The notes under the pieces: model-generated
What the model was told of the DNA's origin: nothing
The model's database searches: none
The model's input: the letters and a program-made list of their open reading frames with translations, nothing else
IMG/VR virus record: IMGVR_UViG_3300042691_038490
Location: 1 to 64,000 of that record
Source: a virus
DNA: 64,000 nt
Strand: one strand, 5' to 3'
Program-made: the position numbers and the translations under genes
Shown: positions 1 to 11,637 of the stretch, in pieces
Layout of the letters: every line of letters begins with the position of its first letter
Numbering within the stretch: the stretch's first letter is position 1

Positions 1-1936
1 CTTGCGTCTGTAACGAATTACCAGTCGAAGCAAGATTCGATGCAAGCGTACTACCAGTCGTAAATAGATTTACAGTGAGCGTATTAATACTATTAGAAAG
101 CGTAGATCCAGTAGTTGCAAGATTACTAGTTAATGTATTAATTTGCCCTTGTAATAAATTACCCGTAGTTAATAGGTTAGCATTTGTTGCAAATTGATTG
201 TTTGCCCAACCACTATAATCTACTTGTCTACTATTTAAGATGCTGCCTGTTTCAAATAGATTTAATGTTAATGTATTTACCTGATTTTGTAATGAATTTT
301 GAACATTAGTGAGATCACTTCTTAAAATTCCACTAGCATTATTTATTTGAGACATTAGATACTGATTTGAGCCAGAGATTACTATGATATTTGTAACTAT
401 ATTTGGAATAACTGTAATACCATCTTGTCCAGTAAGAATTCCACTACCAGTAATATTATTTAATGAAAATGCTGGGCCAGTTGCTCCAGTTGGACCCATT
501 TCTCCTCCTCTTAAAGTATAGATAACTAAATTAGAAGCATTTGGCAATGTATAAAAAGTATTTAGACCATAGGTTTTTTCTGCTCTCAATCTAAATATAT
601 CTCCAATATTTGCGTTTAGAATTACAGATGATGAAACGCTTGATTTTGTTGTAGAATCTAATATTGAATCAAAAGCTTGAGAATTAGATATTTCGCTAAA
701 TGTAATTCCATTATCTATACTTTTTTCTAAGTAAGTTCTAAAAGTAGAATAGTAACCACCATAGGCTGAGACAGAGGCTTCATAAGTAAACAAGTATTGA
801 TCATTTGCATTAATTTCAATTTGACTATTTGGTAGTAGTGTAAAAACTGATGGATTAGAATTTACTGCAACATAATCTAAATTAATTGTTACTGGTGATG
901 ATCCAAAATTTGTGTTACCAATACTATCATAAATATATATTCTATCTGAAGCTGTACCAGGATCGCCTTGTGGCCCTTGAGGGCCAACTGCACCACTTGG
1001 ACCTGGCGCACCACTTGGTCCGGTTGCCCCAGACAATCCAGGCACACCACTTGGTCCAATTAATCCGCTGATCTGTCCACTTAATAGTAATGGAATTCCA
1101 TTTACCGTAGGTATTTCAAAGAAATTTTTCTGACCAGATATATTTTGATTCCCTGTTGTATATACTATTGTATCTGGTAATGAAGTTGCTTCGCCGCTAA
1201 GTAAAAATCCAGTTCCATTTACATTTGGTCTTTGAGAAAAAGTTTTTATTCCACCAATTACTTGATCTCCAAATAGTAAGACTGAATTTCCACTAAGTAT
1301 ATTTATCTTATTGTTTAAATTAGATCCTGTAATATGTAAATTTGAAGTTAGAACATTTATTTGATTTTGTAAATTAGAACCCGTAGCAAAAAGATTAGAT
1401 GAAACATTATTTATGCTATTAGAAAGCGTGCTACCTGTAGTATATAAATTTATTGTTAGATTTTGTATCTGATTATTTAGAGTACTTCCAGATAAATATA
1501 AATTATTATTTAAAGTGTTGAAATTATTAACTGAATAACCACTTAATGAATCTATTCTATTATTTAAAATTGAGCCAGTTATATAGAGGTTATTTATTGT
1601 TGCAAATGTATTATTAGTATAACCACTTAGACTAAGTATTTGATTTTCAATATATCCAGTATAAATATTAAATCCTGTTATAGAAAGATATCTAGAGTCC
1701 AACTCTCCAGTATTAACTATTCCAGTAGGTCCTGTTGGACCAGTAGGACCTATTGGACCAGTTGGACCCTGTGGGCCAGTAGCTCCACTAGGACCAATTT
1801 CACCAGATGGCCCAATAGGACCAGCTGGACCTTGAGGACCAGGTATATGTACATTTGCTGTTCCTTCAAATGTAGGTGAAATTACTTCTGTTGTAATTTC
1901 GTTAGGAAATCTTATATTTAAATTAAGATCAGACAT
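1..1936 (-). CDS. Collagen-repeat tail fibre protein, partial (runs off left edge; not in ORF track)
   Basis: ATG at 1936 reads [18 protein letters not shown]...[35 protein letters not shown]...GELDSRY. It is paralogous to 5738..7432 and has a GTGTAA motif 8 nt upstream. The frame was spot-checked, not read codon by codon. Confidence 0.8.
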   Translation of the reverse strand, partial: MSDLNLNIRFPNEITTEVISPTFEGTANVHIPGPQGPAGPIGPSGEIGPSGATGPQGPTGPIGPTGPTGPTGIVNTGELDSRYLSITGFNIYTGYIENQILSLSGYTNNTFATINNLYITGSILNNRIDSLSGYSVNNFNTLNNNLYLSGSTLNNQIQNLTINLYTTGSTLSNSINNVSSNLFATGSNLQNQINVLTSNLHITGSNLNNKINILSGNSVLLFGDQVIGGIKTFSQRPNVNGTGFLLSGEATSLPDTIVYTTGNQNISGQKNFFEIPTVNGIPLLLSGQISGLIGPSGVPGLSGATGPSGAPGPSGAVGPQGPQGDPGTASDRIYIYDSIGNTNFGSSPVTINLDYVAVNSNPSVFTLLPNSQIEINANDQYLFTYEASVSAYGGYYSTFRTYLEKSIDNGITFSEISNSQAFDSILDSTTKSSVSSSVILNANIGDIFRLRAEKTYGLNTFYTLPNASNLVIYTLRGGEMGPTGATGPAFSLNNITGSGILTGQDGITVIPNIVTNIIVISGSNQYLMSQINNASGILRSDLTNVQNSLQNQVNTLTLNLFETGSILNSRQVDYSGWANNQFATNANLLTTGNLLQGQINTLTSNLATTGSTLSNSINTLTVNLFTTGSTLASNLASTGNSLQTQ

Positions 1937-1973
1937 CTTTATAATTACACTATTAACTACAAATAAAAATCAA

Positions 1974-4124
1974 TTAAAAAGCTGCAATTTGATCGCCTAC
2001 AGAGGAAACTGTTGCTGAGTTTTTGAGGCGTTCTCCTATAGAACCTGATCCTGTAATATTAATTCTCATATAATCCCAAACATCTTGAGGTCTTAAAATA
2101 GCAGTTCCTACTCCAGAATCTACAGGCACATTATAAGCTACATTATTAGTACTTGGCACATTCATTGTGCCTACTATATTGCCAGCATTATATATTACTC
2201 CATTTCTAACATCATATCCAGAAGGCATTAAACCAGAAACACTTGCATCAACAAGAGTTTTCGTGGATAGTAAGCCGCTAGTATAAAATAATGCTGAGTT
2301 TGTGGATTTATTTAAAAATAAAACATGATTAAAAGTTGGAAATGCGCCACGAGAACCCATTTCTATTTCTTCAACATAAGTTTGAGATCCTTGAGAATTA
2401 GAATATACTCCATAAGTTTGTTGAATACCTACTGAACCTGCTCCAAAACCATTCCCTTTCGCTCTTTTAACTATCAATGTTCCAGTTGAACTATTAATAG
2501 CACCCATACAGCTATTACCAATACCGCCAGTTGCAGTACCATTAACGATTATGATACCAGTTGAAGCATTATTAACACCATGAGCTGAACCTCCACTTGC
2601 GCCACCAATTACATTTCCATTAATTACTACTGTACCAGTTGAAGAGTTATTAACGCCATGAGCTTGATTTCCATTTCCAGCAGTTACATTTCCATTAATG
2701 TTTAATCTTCCGGTGGAACCATTAGTTGCTCCATAAGCTGTCTGTCCTGCTCCAGCTGTAACATCACCATTAATTGTCATGATACCAATACCTGTATTAG
2801 TTGCTCCAAATGCAGAAGTTCCACCACCAGCGCTAACATTACCATTAATTATTAATGTGCCACCAGAAGTATGATTTGCTCCAACACCAGAAGTTCCTCC
2901 CCCAGTAACTGTTCCGTTAATTGTCATTGTTGAGGAAGAACCTTGTTGTACGACTGACGAAAAGCTTCCTGTTGCTGCACCAGAAACATTTCCATTAATA
3001 ACAATAGTAACTGCAGCACCACTAAAATTACGCAAAGCATAACCTCCAAGTCCAGCAACACAATTTCCATTAACTGTTAATGTTCCAGTTGATGAAGCAC
3101 TACCATCAATTCTTATAGCTGCGGCTTCACTAGCACTTCCTCCAGTAAGAGTACCAGTTACTGTAGCAGTAGAAGTTCCAGCGGGCCAAGCAGTAAAATA
3201 AAGAGCTGCTGCGCTTGTCCCTCCTGTCAAATTTCCATTCAAAATTAAAGAATTAAATGCAGCAATAGATAACCCTATTCCTGATACTCCGGTTGCATTT
3301 ATATTTCCTGTGACACTTACATTAACTAAACTATTACCAATTGTTGCTCCATTTGAAACTGTTGGAGTTAAATTACCAACTATTGTTATTGGAATTGAAG
3401 AAGAGCTAGATAAAGCAGGATTTGATGTTTGGTTTGTTCCTCCTACTAAATTGCAATTTATATTAATAAAAGAATTGGTTAATGAACCTCCTGTGGGACT
3501 TGTTGAAATAGATAGTCCAGCTGTACTTCCACCAGATGAAGAACCACCAGTTATTGGTCCTGTATTTATCGTAATAGCTGCTGGTTGATTATCTGAATTA
3601 TAAAAATCTGCTCCAGTTGCATTGGTGGAGGCAGTGCCTCCAGTTATTGAACCATTAATGGTCATTGTGCCACCCCAAAGACGAACCCCATTTGCACCAG
3701 TAACACTACCTCCAGTTACATTTCCGTTTAATGTAAATACTGGATATAAGCTTAAGCTTGATCCTAAACTACCCAAATTATTGATTGTTACGGCAGAATA
3801 ATTTGAGCCAGAAGATCCTCCAGTAACATTTCCAGTAAGCGTGCAATTACAAGTACCTCGCACGTTAAGTATAGTCGTTCCAAAAGCTATCACATTAGCC
3901 GAGATCGTTCTAGTTCCAGATGTTTCAGTTTGAAAACTACCTCCAGCCGTGATCGCAGGAGAGACAACTGAAGAATTTCGCAAACTAATTACAGTTATAT
4001 TTTGATCAATCGTAACTGTTCTATTATTTGCATAAACATCATCTGCTGAAGTTGGAAGAGTTCCTCCGTCCCAAGTTGCAGTATTACTCCAATTTCCGTT
4101 AGCTACAGCATATCTTGTTGCCAT
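1974..4124 (-). CDS. Gly/Ser/Thr/Asn-rich beta-helix tail fibre/adhesin-like virion protein
   Basis: 716 aa. N-terminal GNWSNTATWDGG motif and repeated 'xING.V.GG' beta-solenoid units. C-terminus shared with 4127..5485. Confidence 0.7.
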   Translation of the reverse strand: MATRYAVANGNWSNTATWDGGTLPTSADDVYANNRTVTIDQNITVISLRNSSVVSPAITAGGSFQTETSGTRTISANVIAFGTTILNVRGTCNCTLTGNVTGGSSGSNYSAVTINNLGSLGSSLSLYPVFTLNGNVTGGSVTGANGVRLWGGTMTINGSITGGTASTNATGADFYNSDNQPAAITINTGPITGGSSSGGSTAGLSISTSPTGGSLTNSFININCNLVGGTNQTSNPALSSSSSIPITIVGNLTPTVSNGATIGNSLVNVSVTGNINATGVSGIGLSIAAFNSLILNGNLTGGTSAAALYFTAWPAGTSTATVTGTLTGGSASEAAAIRIDGSASSTGTLTVNGNCVAGLGGYALRNFSGAAVTIVINGNVSGAATGSFSSVVQQGSSSTMTINGTVTGGGTSGVGANHTSGGTLIINGNVSAGGGTSAFGATNTGIGIMTINGDVTAGAGQTAYGATNGSTGRLNINGNVTAGNGNQAHGVNNSSTGTVVINGNVIGGASGGSAHGVNNASTGIIIVNGTATGGIGNSCMGAINSSTGTLIVKRAKGNGFGAGSVGIQQTYGVYSNSQGSQTYVEEIEMGSRGAFPTFNHVLFLNKSTNSALFYTSGLLSTKTLVDASVSGLMPSGYDVRNGVIYNAGNIVGTMNVPSTNNVAYNVPVDSGVGTAILRPQDVWDYMRINITGSGSIGERLKNSATVSSVGDQIAAF

Positions 4125-4126
4125 AA

Positions 4127-5485
4127 TTATGCTCCATTTAAAGCTGCAAATTGGTCGCCAATTGAACTATTTGTTGCAGAATATTTTAATCTTTGACCTA
4201 TGCTACCAGAAGTATTTAAACTATTTCTTGAATAATTCCATATATCTTCTGCATTTAAAATTGCTGTGCCAACTCCACTATCAACAAGAACTCCTTGGCG
4301 CACAGAATTTACTGGTGGAATAACACAAGTTCCAATAAAATTACCAGTAGCATAACTAATTCCACTTCTAACATCATAAGCATTAGGTAAATAACCAGTA
4401 TTACTTGAGTAATCTATAAGTGTTTTTTGAGATAGACCGCTAAGAGTTAATATTGCAAGATTACCTGTTAATGGGGTTAATCTAAAAGAACCTCGAATTG
4501 GACTCATTCCTCTGGCTCCAAATTCTATTTCTTCTACGTTAATAATTGCTGCTTGATTTACTGATATAATTCCATTTGCTGCTGCAAGTCCAACTGAACC
4601 AACACCAAATCCATTTCCTTTTGCTCTTTTAATATTACTAGTCCCTCCAGAGTTTGCATATAAACCTGCTGAATCTGAAACTGATCCACCTTCGCAAGTA
4701 CCAATAACAGTTACTGTACCCGTACCATCATGTCTAATTGCAGCCGAACTAGTTCCTGTTGTTCCTCCATAAGCATTTCCAATAACAGTTACTGAATTAT
4801 TATTAGCAAGATATAGTCCAATTCCATTAAAATTAGTTCCCCCATAAATATTTCCTGTTATTATAACATTTGGTGTTGAACTATTACTTGCATTAATTGC
4901 TGCGCCAGATGATGCTCCACCATAAACATTTCCAGTTATATATACTGTAGGAGCAATACTAGATTGGAAATTAATTGCTTGAGCTTGAGTTGTGTTAGAA
5001 GCAAAACAATTTGCTACTATGTAATAAGTTCCACTTCCATTGATAAGTAAAGCTGCAGTATTAAAACCTGTAAGTCCTCTTAAATTTCCTCCATAAAAAT
5101 AAAAAGTTTCTCCAGCTTGAGCAGCGACTGATATACCATTAGCACCGTTTGTATTTGTGCTTGATCCATATACATCTGTAGCGTATACAATAGCTGATCT
5201 TCCAGAAAAGGAACTACTTGTAATAGTTAGACAAGTACTAGTCCCAGCAGCGATTGTTGTAGCAGTTACCGTGATTGGCGTAACTGCACATGCAAAAGTA
5301 AATCCACCTCCAGCAGTTGCTCCATTTTCTGCTTGAGTACTTAATTTTGCAACATTAATATTTACATCTATTGTAACAGTTCTAGTATTTGCATAAACAT
5401 TATCTCCAGCAGTTGGTACAACGCCACCAATCCAAGTTGCTGCGCTACTCCAATTTCCATTTGCTGCTGCAAGAATATTAGCCAT
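4127..5485 (-). CDS. Beta-helix tail fibre/adhesin-like protein (paralog of 1974..4124)
   Basis: Same GNWS..ATW.GG start and the same KRAKGNGFG.GSVG...VDSGVGTAIL...GSIG.RLK C-terminal block. Confidence 0.7.
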   Translation of the reverse strand: MANILAAANGNWSSAATWIGGVVPTAGDNVYANTRTVTIDVNINVAKLSTQAENGATAGGGFTFACAVTPITVTATTIAAGTSTCLTITSSSFSGRSAIVYATDVYGSSTNTNGANGISVAAQAGETFYFYGGNLRGLTGFNTAALLINGSGTYYIVANCFASNTTQAQAINFQSSIAPTVYITGNVYGGASSGAAINASNSSTPNVIITGNIYGGTNFNGIGLYLANNNSVTVIGNAYGGTTGTSSAAIRHDGTGTVTVIGTCEGGSVSDSAGLYANSGGTSNIKRAKGNGFGVGSVGLAAANGIISVNQAAIINVEEIEFGARGMSPIRGSFRLTPLTGNLAILTLSGLSQKTLIDYSSNTGYLPNAYDVRSGISYATGNFIGTCVIPPVNSVRQGVLVDSGVGTAILNAEDIWNYSRNSLNTSGSIGQRLKYSATNSSIGDQFAALNGA

Positions 5486-5493
5486 ACTGATTT

Positions 5494-5721
5494 TTAACCA
5501 TTTGTGTATTTTTGTATAGCAGCTTTTATTTCATTTAATAATTGTATATCTTTATCAGTTAAGTTATGAGGAGTTATAATTTTTGATCCTATAATTTCAT
5601 GCTTTGGTCCAGCTTCATTATTATTGCGAGTTGTATAAGATAAAGATACTGCTGTGCTATCTTCTATTGGAGATATATTTAAGAATATATCAACTTCTTG
5701 ATTACTGTAATTTATTTTCAT
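5494..5721 (-). CDS. Hypothetical protein
   Basis: 75-aa ORF tightly packed between co-oriented genes. Confidence 0.6.
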   Translation of the reverse strand: MKINYSNQEVDIFLNISPIEDSTAVSLSYTTRNNNEAGPKHEIIGSKIITPHNLTDKDIQLLNEIKAAIQKYTNG

Positions 5722-5737
5722 TTTTTATCCTTTAACC

Positions 5738-7432
5738 TTAAACATATGGAGCAAGATATCTTCCTGTCCAACTATAATTAGTTACACTTTGATTTAGAGC
5801 GACAAGACCTGCTGAGTCTATGCTTAATCTAGAGATATCCCAAACGTCTGCGCTCTCTGCTGAATTTTCTGGTGCAGTTCCACAATATGAAAAATCATAT
5901 GGATTACCAGTAACAAAATCATGGCGTTTTTCTAAAACTCCACCGCCGCCAGCAGCTTCGCCGCTAAGAAGAACGCCAGTACCATTTACTGTTGGTCTGC
6001 TATAGAAATTTTTGATTCCAGATATATTTTGATCGCCAGTAATTTGAACTGTTGAACTTAAATCAACATTTGCCGCTTCCCCAATTAATAAAACTCCTGT
6101 GCCATTTACAGTTGGTCGGTCATTGAATTGACCATTAGTTTTTGTTACATAATTAGATAAGTCTATGCCAGTTATAAAACCACTTGGATTATCTTTTGTA
6201 TAATAATTAGAAAGATCAACTCCTGTGATAAAGCCACTAGAATATAAGTTATTAATTTGAGTTTGTAGATTATTTCCTGTTGATATTAAATTAATAATTG
6301 TAGCATATTTATTATCAACAAAACCACTGTAAGTTTGTATTTCTTGTACAGATGCAATATCTGGTAATGTTGAAAGATCATCGCTTCTACGAGCAATTCC
6401 AAATTTAAATTTATCAGTATGATCAAACCCTATAATTGGACCATAATCATTAAAACCTGTTAGTCCTACTCCTGTAACAAAAAAGATTCCACCATCAAAA
6501 GCTCCTCCTGTAATATTAAGAAGAAGATAAGGACTTTCAATAAAATTATTTGTAACATTTGCAATAAATTCATTGCCAGTTACATAAAGATCATGAATAT
6601 AAACGCTATTTCTAAAAGTTTTTGTGCCATCTATGGTCTGATCTCCATATAAAAGAACAGAACTACCACTCAATGAATCTATCTTTGTATTTAACGTTTG
6701 ATCTGTTAAAATTAAATTATTTATATTTGAAATTAATATAGCCCCTGTGGATATTAAATTATTAGATATTAATACATCTTGGTTATCTACATATCCGCTC
6801 AAAGAGTTTATCTTGCTGTCTAATAAAGATCCTGTATTTTGTAAATTTACTATTGTAGCATAAGCACTAAGATCAATACCTGTAATAAAACCACTAGGAT
6901 TAGATTTTAAATAATAATTATTTGTTAAATCTCCACTTAAACTATTAATGCTTTGAGTTAGTGCATAACCTGTGTTTTCTAGATTAACTATTGTTGCATA
7001 TGTTAACGCAGCATTAGATGAAGTTAAATACTGACTAAGATCTAATCCTGTTATAAATCCACTTGGATTATTAATAGAATAATATCTTAAATCTAATTGA
7101 CCAGTATTTACGACTCCAGTTTCTCCTTGAGGACCTTGTGGGCCTGTTGGTCCAATTGGACCTGTAGCGCCGCTTGGTCCAATCGAACCTGATGGACCAA
7201 TTGCGCCACTAGGACCTGGAACACCACTTGGACCAATTGGGCCTTCTGGACCTGCTGGACCTTGAGGACCAACAAGATAAATATCGCTAGTTGGTTGAGA
7301 ACTCTCTATAGTTTGAATTGTTGCAACGTAATTTTCTGGAAGATTAACATTAGCATTAACTTCAGAATAGGGAGAATTAATATCTAAAGATTCTTGCCCT
7401 GGTAATTTTAAATCAATTTCTATCTCTGCCAT
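5738..7432 (-). CDS. Collagen-repeat tail fibre protein
   Basis: (G-P-X)n tract, NPSGFITG repeats, [11 protein letters not shown] and [11 protein letters not shown] fibre modules. Confidence 0.75.
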   Translation of the reverse strand: MAEIEIDLKLPGQESLDINSPYSEVNANVNLPENYVATIQTIESSQPTSDIYLVGPQGPAGPEGPIGPSGVPGPSGAIGPSGSIGPSGATGPIGPTGPQGPQGETGVVNTGQLDLRYYSINNPSGFITGLDLSQYLTSSNAALTYATIVNLENTGYALTQSINSLSGDLTNNYYLKSNPSGFITGIDLSAYATIVNLQNTGSLLDSKINSLSGYVDNQDVLISNNLISTGAILISNINNLILTDQTLNTKIDSLSGSSVLLYGDQTIDGTKTFRNSVYIHDLYVTGNEFIANVTNNFIESPYLLLNITGGAFDGGIFFVTGVGLTGFNDYGPIIGFDHTDKFKFGIARRSDDLSTLPDIASVQEIQTYSGFVDNKYATIINLISTGNNLQTQINNLYSSGFITGVDLSNYYTKDNPSGFITGIDLSNYVTKTNGQFNDRPTVNGTGVLLIGEAANVDLSSTVQITGDQNISGIKNFYSRPTVNGTGVLLSGEAAGGGGVLEKRHDFVTGNPYDFSYCGTAPENSAESADVWDISRLSIDSAGLVALNQSVTNYSWTGRYLAPYV

Positions 7433-7441
7433 AAAATAACC

Positions 7442-7816
7442 TTAGAACATGGTTACTTCTGGACTTACTATAAATTTACCTCTTAACAATTTAATACTAT
7501 TTCCTGTTGGTACTCCGTATGGATATCTTTCTATGTCATATACAAATGTTCCAACAGGAACACTTGCCATTGTATAAGAATCTACATTTATATTAATAAT
7601 ACCAGAAGGATAATATGATCCATTAATTCCAGAATAAATTGTTGGACGAAGATTAACTAGAATTTGCTGATCACCAGTATATCCATATGCATATTTTACT
7701 ACTCCTCTAACATCATAACCACTAAGATTAATAGGATTACTAGATTGGTCCTTTATCTTAAGAGTAATTTGAAGATTATCGCCTTGAATTGTACTTATAT
7801 TATATGAACTTGCCAT
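7442..7816 (-). CDS. Virion structural protein (fibre/baseplate adaptor-like Ig-fold)
   Basis: QGD...PINLSGY...GTFVYDIE...LLRGKFIVSPEVT pattern, common in phage tail modules. Confidence 0.55.
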   Translation of the reverse strand: MASSYNISTIQGDNLQITLKIKDQSSNPINLSGYDVRGVVKYAYGYTGDQQILVNLRPTIYSGINGSYYPSGIININVDSYTMASVPVGTFVYDIERYPYGVPTGNSIKLLRGKFIVSPEVTMF

Positions 7817-7861
7817 ATAATAAATTACACAAAGGATTGAAAAATATTAATAATTAAATTA

Positions 7862-9388
7862 TTAAGGTATATTTAGTTGAACACCGTTAACTCTTAAAGA
7901 TCCATATATATCTAAACCACTTGGAGTTATCTTAATGCCAACTCCACTTATTGTTCCATTTCCGCTTTGGAAATTAAATCCTACAAAAATTGCATCTCTA
8001 GAGCCAGTTATTTGATTATTGTAACCAAAGACATATGAGTTTGTATTATTAATAAGTCTATTTGATTTTCCTAAAGTATAGTTATCTGTATTATCTACAA
8101 TTTGATTACTTCTGCCGAGTATATAACTATCATTATTTAAAAATAATCCGTTATTTTGTCCTAATAAATAATTTCCATTAGAAATCCCGGTTCTATTAGC
8201 ATAAGTTCCATATATAAGAACTGGAAATGGTCCAGAGTAATTAATTGAGGCATTTACAAGATTACCTTGATATAAATTAGTAGGGCCAATATCTAAAAGT
8301 ACATTCTTATCGAGTGAATTACTAGAACCAAGTATAACACTACTTCTAATACCACTTAAAGTATTGTTATTTCCCAAAACCTCATTATAAAGAGAATCTG
8401 AACCAATAATTTCATTATTGTTACCAAAAATATTTTGGTAACTTGAATTATTTGTATTTAAATTTCCAACTATTAAATTTCTTTCCCCAGAATATATAGA
8501 ATTACTTGAACCAAATAAATTATTATAGTAAGAAATATTGATAGAATTAGATCTACCTACAACAAAGTCTCCTTGGGCTAATAATGATGAATTTTCATTA
8601 CCAATCAAAGTTCCATCTATACTACGAGTAAGGTCATTTCTTCTACCAACCATTAAATTATTATTTCCACTTGTTATGTAAGCATGATTGTAATTACCAA
8701 AATTTAATATATTTTGAGCTTTTGCAAAATAATTTTGATCTCCGAATGAATCAATTCTATAAACTCCAGAGTCTAAAAGATTGTAATCACCTACTAAAGT
8801 TACTTTTATAGATTCATGACCACTAAATAATCCTGCTTTACCAGCAGTTATTCCTTCTATATCATTTGCAGCATATAAAACATTATTTTTTCCTACTAAA
8901 TTAACTAAATATAATCCAGAGATAGTATTAGTTGCGCCATTCATAATAACATATTTGGAGTTTTCTACTAAATTGCTAGTTCCATTGATAAAGATAGCTT
9001 TACTTTTCCATGCAGAATTTCTATGTCCAAAAATAGCGTTGTCTACTCCAGATATTAGATAATTTTTTTCACCAACTATAATTTCTCCAGAATCTCCAGT
9101 TCTCCTCATTGTATATGGACTATCAGTAAGATTCCATTCACCAATATTAATACCAGGACCTACGCTTCTAACTAGCTGCCCAATCATTACTGGGTATGTA
9201 TACATTTTCTCTGATTTAAAATAAGGTATGTATAATCCACTATAATAAGTTTTATCAGATGGAGTATTGGAATAAATATCTCCAGAATTATATACAAGAT
9301 ATATTCCACTTGTATTAGATTTTAATTCTTCAAATTTATTTTCACCTATATTATAGGTCTGTATGTATACTTTGCCAGTTGTAATCAT
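7862..9388 (-). CDS. Beta-helix (G-x-x-N repeat, trimeric-adhesin-head-like) tail protein
   Basis: Regular xxGxxN repeats about every 14 aa. Confidence 0.6.
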   Translation of the reverse strand: MITTGKVYIQTYNIGENKFEELKSNTSGIYLVYNSGDIYSNTPSDKTYYSGLYIPYFKSEKMYTYPVMIGQLVRSVGPGINIGEWNLTDSPYTMRRTGDSGEIIVGEKNYLISGVDNAIFGHRNSAWKSKAIFINGTSNLVENSKYVIMNGATNTISGLYLVNLVGKNNVLYAANDIEGITAGKAGLFSGHESIKVTLVGDYNLLDSGVYRIDSFGDQNYFAKAQNILNFGNYNHAYITSGNNNLMVGRRNDLTRSIDGTLIGNENSSLLAQGDFVVGRSNSINISYYNNLFGSSNSIYSGERNLIVGNLNTNNSSYQNIFGNNNEIIGSDSLYNEVLGNNNTLSGIRSSVILGSSNSLDKNVLLDIGPTNLYQGNLVNASINYSGPFPVLIYGTYANRTGISNGNYLLGQNNGLFLNNDSYILGRSNQIVDNTDNYTLGKSNRLINNTNSYVFGYNNQITGSRDAIFVGFNFQSGNGTISGVGIKITPSGLDIYGSLRVNGVQLNIP

Positions 9389-9432
9389 TTTATTTAATAT
9401 AATTACACTTATTTACAAAAATTAAATATATT

Positions 9433-9777
9433 TTATTTACCTTCTGATAGAACGTCTTTTGATTTTTTATCTAAATTTACAGAGTTATCTATATTTTTTG
9501 GAACATTAAATGTAGAAATAAATTTTTTAAATTCTGCAAGCAATCTTTTTGTTAACATATCTCTATTATCAATAGGAACCAAACCAATTTTATTGGCATG
9601 AGCTTGAAGGTCGCTCTTGTTCATTTCGTTAATAAAATCTGTATATTCTTCAATATTAGTAGTTTTATATTTACTTGAACCATTATCACCCCAAATTTGA
9701 TCTAGGGTTTTATATTGTACATTCTCTAATTTTCCATGAGTCTGAGAGAGTTCTTCTATTTTCTTTTTTCTTGGCAT
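9433..9777 (-). CDS. Hypothetical virion/head-completion protein
   Basis: 114-aa ORF directly downstream of the capsid gene. Confidence 0.55.
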   Translation of the reverse strand: MPRKKKIEELSQTHGKLENVQYKTLDQIWGDNGSSKYKTTNIEEYTDFINEMNKSDLQAHANKIGLVPIDNRDMLTKRLLAEFKKFISTFNVPKNIDNSVNLDKKSKDVLSEGK

Positions 9778-9842
9778 ATGTATCTCCTTAATTATATTAT
9801 AATTACTGTGATTAAAATGTCTAAAGTATTTATAAAATAAAA

Positions 9843-9870
9843 GACCCAGTAGGGATTATCCTACTGGGCC
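9843..9870 (-). terminator. Rho-independent terminator after major capsid gene
   Basis: CCCAGTAGG/CCTACTGGG stem followed by a T-tract on the minus strand. Confidence 0.8.
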
Positions 9871-9893
9871 TTTAAATTTAATCTAATTATTAA

Positions 9894-10982
9894 TTAGACT
9901 ACTAGACCAACGATTGCGCGAGCATCAATACAAACGCGACCTTCTTCGAGAGAACCGTAGAAACCAGTTTTCTCTGAACGGGCAACGAATTGATCGTCTG
10001 GGAGAACAGTGAATGTTCCACCGGACTCTGCTTGGCGAGCGATTGGGCGAATAAATGCTTCTTTGCTTAGGTCAAGACCAATAGCAAGTTCTTTTGTAAC
10101 GCTATCAAAAGATTGTGAACCTTTGAATGCATTGAAAAGAGCACTGTATTTTTGGCCTACGCCTAGTTCAACCAATTCATGGATGGTAACACCATAAAGT
10201 GATTCTGTACCAGCACCACGATAGATTTCCTCACGGACGTTATCTGGAAGATTTGTTCCAGTTCCAGCGGAAACTGTGAATGGTTGGTAAGCGAAAGCGC
10301 GGATATCAGCTTTGATCTCTGGACTTACGAATAAATCGGTTAGTCCATAGGAATCAGTGGTTGTGCCACCAGCATAAGAAGTATTAATTCTTTTTACTAG
10401 TGTCATTAGACTGTTGAGATCAGAGAGTTGGAATGTGCCACCGGTAGCAGCTGTGGTAATATGACCACCAGCTACGCCGTTGTTTGTGCCAACTGCTGGA
10501 GTACGAGCTTCGGCTAGGGCCTTTAGAACTACTGCCCAAGCATTACGTTCTTGTTTTACAAGAACTTCATTGCTCATTCTCTCGACTGCTTTGCTTACTA
10601 CGTCGAGACGACCACGACGAGCATAGCGTTTTAGGAAGCTTACAGCACTATCTAGACGATAGGTGGAAACTTTTAGTTCACTGAAGCCTTCTACTGTTGA
10701 AGAAGGAAGACCGCCTGCTACATTTTGACTCCAAACTGTAACATAGTCTTGACCTTGATCGAACCATAGATCGAGAGGAAGACTTGGATTATCGTCTTCG
10801 TCATATGGTGCGTCAGAGTAGATTGCACTGGCTGTACCAGCTTGCATTAGAACCTTACTTACGACTGGTCCAATGAAAGCAGCAAAAGCCTCAGAAGCTT
10901 CGCGAGCTACTGCAACATCTCTGCTGCCCATAGCTTTTACAAGCTCAACTTGTTCTGGGGTATTTTTTAGTTTGATTTTCAT
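9894..10982 (-). CDS. Major capsid protein
   Basis: 362 aa, strong AAGGAG RBS, followed by a terminator. Lies after the protease/scaffold and decoration genes; size and composition fit an HK97-fold capsid protein. Confidence 0.8.
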   Translation of the reverse strand: MKIKLKNTPEQVELVKAMGSRDVAVAREASEAFAAFIGPVVSKVLMQAGTASAIYSDAPYDEDDNPSLPLDLWFDQGQDYVTVWSQNVAGGLPSSTVEGFSELKVSTYRLDSAVSFLKRYARRGRLDVVSKAVERMSNEVLVKQERNAWAVVLKALAEARTPAVGTNNGVAGGHITTAATGGTFQLSDLNSLMTLVKRINTSYAGGTTTDSYGLTDLFVSPEIKADIRAFAYQPFTVSAGTGTNLPDNVREEIYRGAGTESLYGVTIHELVELGVGQKYSALFNAFKGSQSFDSVTKELAIGLDLSKEAFIRPIARQAESGGTFTVLPDDQFVARSEKTGFYGSLEEGRVCIDARAIVGLVV

Positions 10983-11001
10983 TTTTAAATTTCTCCTTAA
11001 A

Positions 11002-11619
11002 TTAGAAGTTGAGTTTGATTAGAGCAACACCATTTACTGGTACGCTAAGTAGTGTGCCAACTTTATTGCTTGGGGTTGCACCACCAGCAGTACTATTGAC
11101 TGTACTTAGTTCACCTGCGTTTAGGTTACTTAGATAAACTCCTGCACCAACTGTTGCAGTATTAGAAATTTCAGTTCCACTATAGACGACTACGCCTTTA
11201 GTTAAAACTGGAACGCCTTGACCACTAACTACTACGTTTTTCTCAGCGGCTTTACGTGGATTGAAAACTAGTTTCTCACCATTTTCGTCTAGCTCTTGAG
11301 TACTGATTAGTGTGATTCCAAGGGCAGCGTCACCAGATGAAGCTGCGCTTACTTTTGATGTTAAAGCATAACGATTGGAAACTGTATTTGCAAAACCAGC
11401 GCCTACTAGACCAGCTAAATCAACTGGTACTGTTCCTAGGAAGCCTGTGCCTCCTGGAGTTGTTGAGGCTACTACTGGTTGAAAACCGTTGCCAATAACT
11501 TTTACTACTGTACCTGCGGTAGCAATAACGCCATTAGCGTCTTGCGCACCATCAAAGGCAAATAGGTTGACTACATCGTGTTCGCTGTAGTCTCTGAATG
11601 GTCTTAGTGTATGTGCCAT
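11002..11619 (-). CDS. Capsid decoration/cement protein
   Basis: Small Ala/Gly/Val-rich protein between scaffold and MCP, with a strong RBS. Confidence 0.65.
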   Translation of the reverse strand: MAHTLRPFRDYSEHDVVNLFAFDGAQDANGVIATAGTVVKVIGNGFQPVVASTTPGGTGFLGTVPVDLAGLVGAGFANTVSNRYALTSKVSAASSGDAALGITLISTQELDENGEKLVFNPRKAAEKNVVVSGQGVPVLTKGVVVYSGTEISNTATVGAGVYLSNLNAGELSTVNSTAGGATPSNKVGTLLSVPVNGVALIKLNF

Positions 11620-11637
11620 ATTATTTCTCCTTATTTA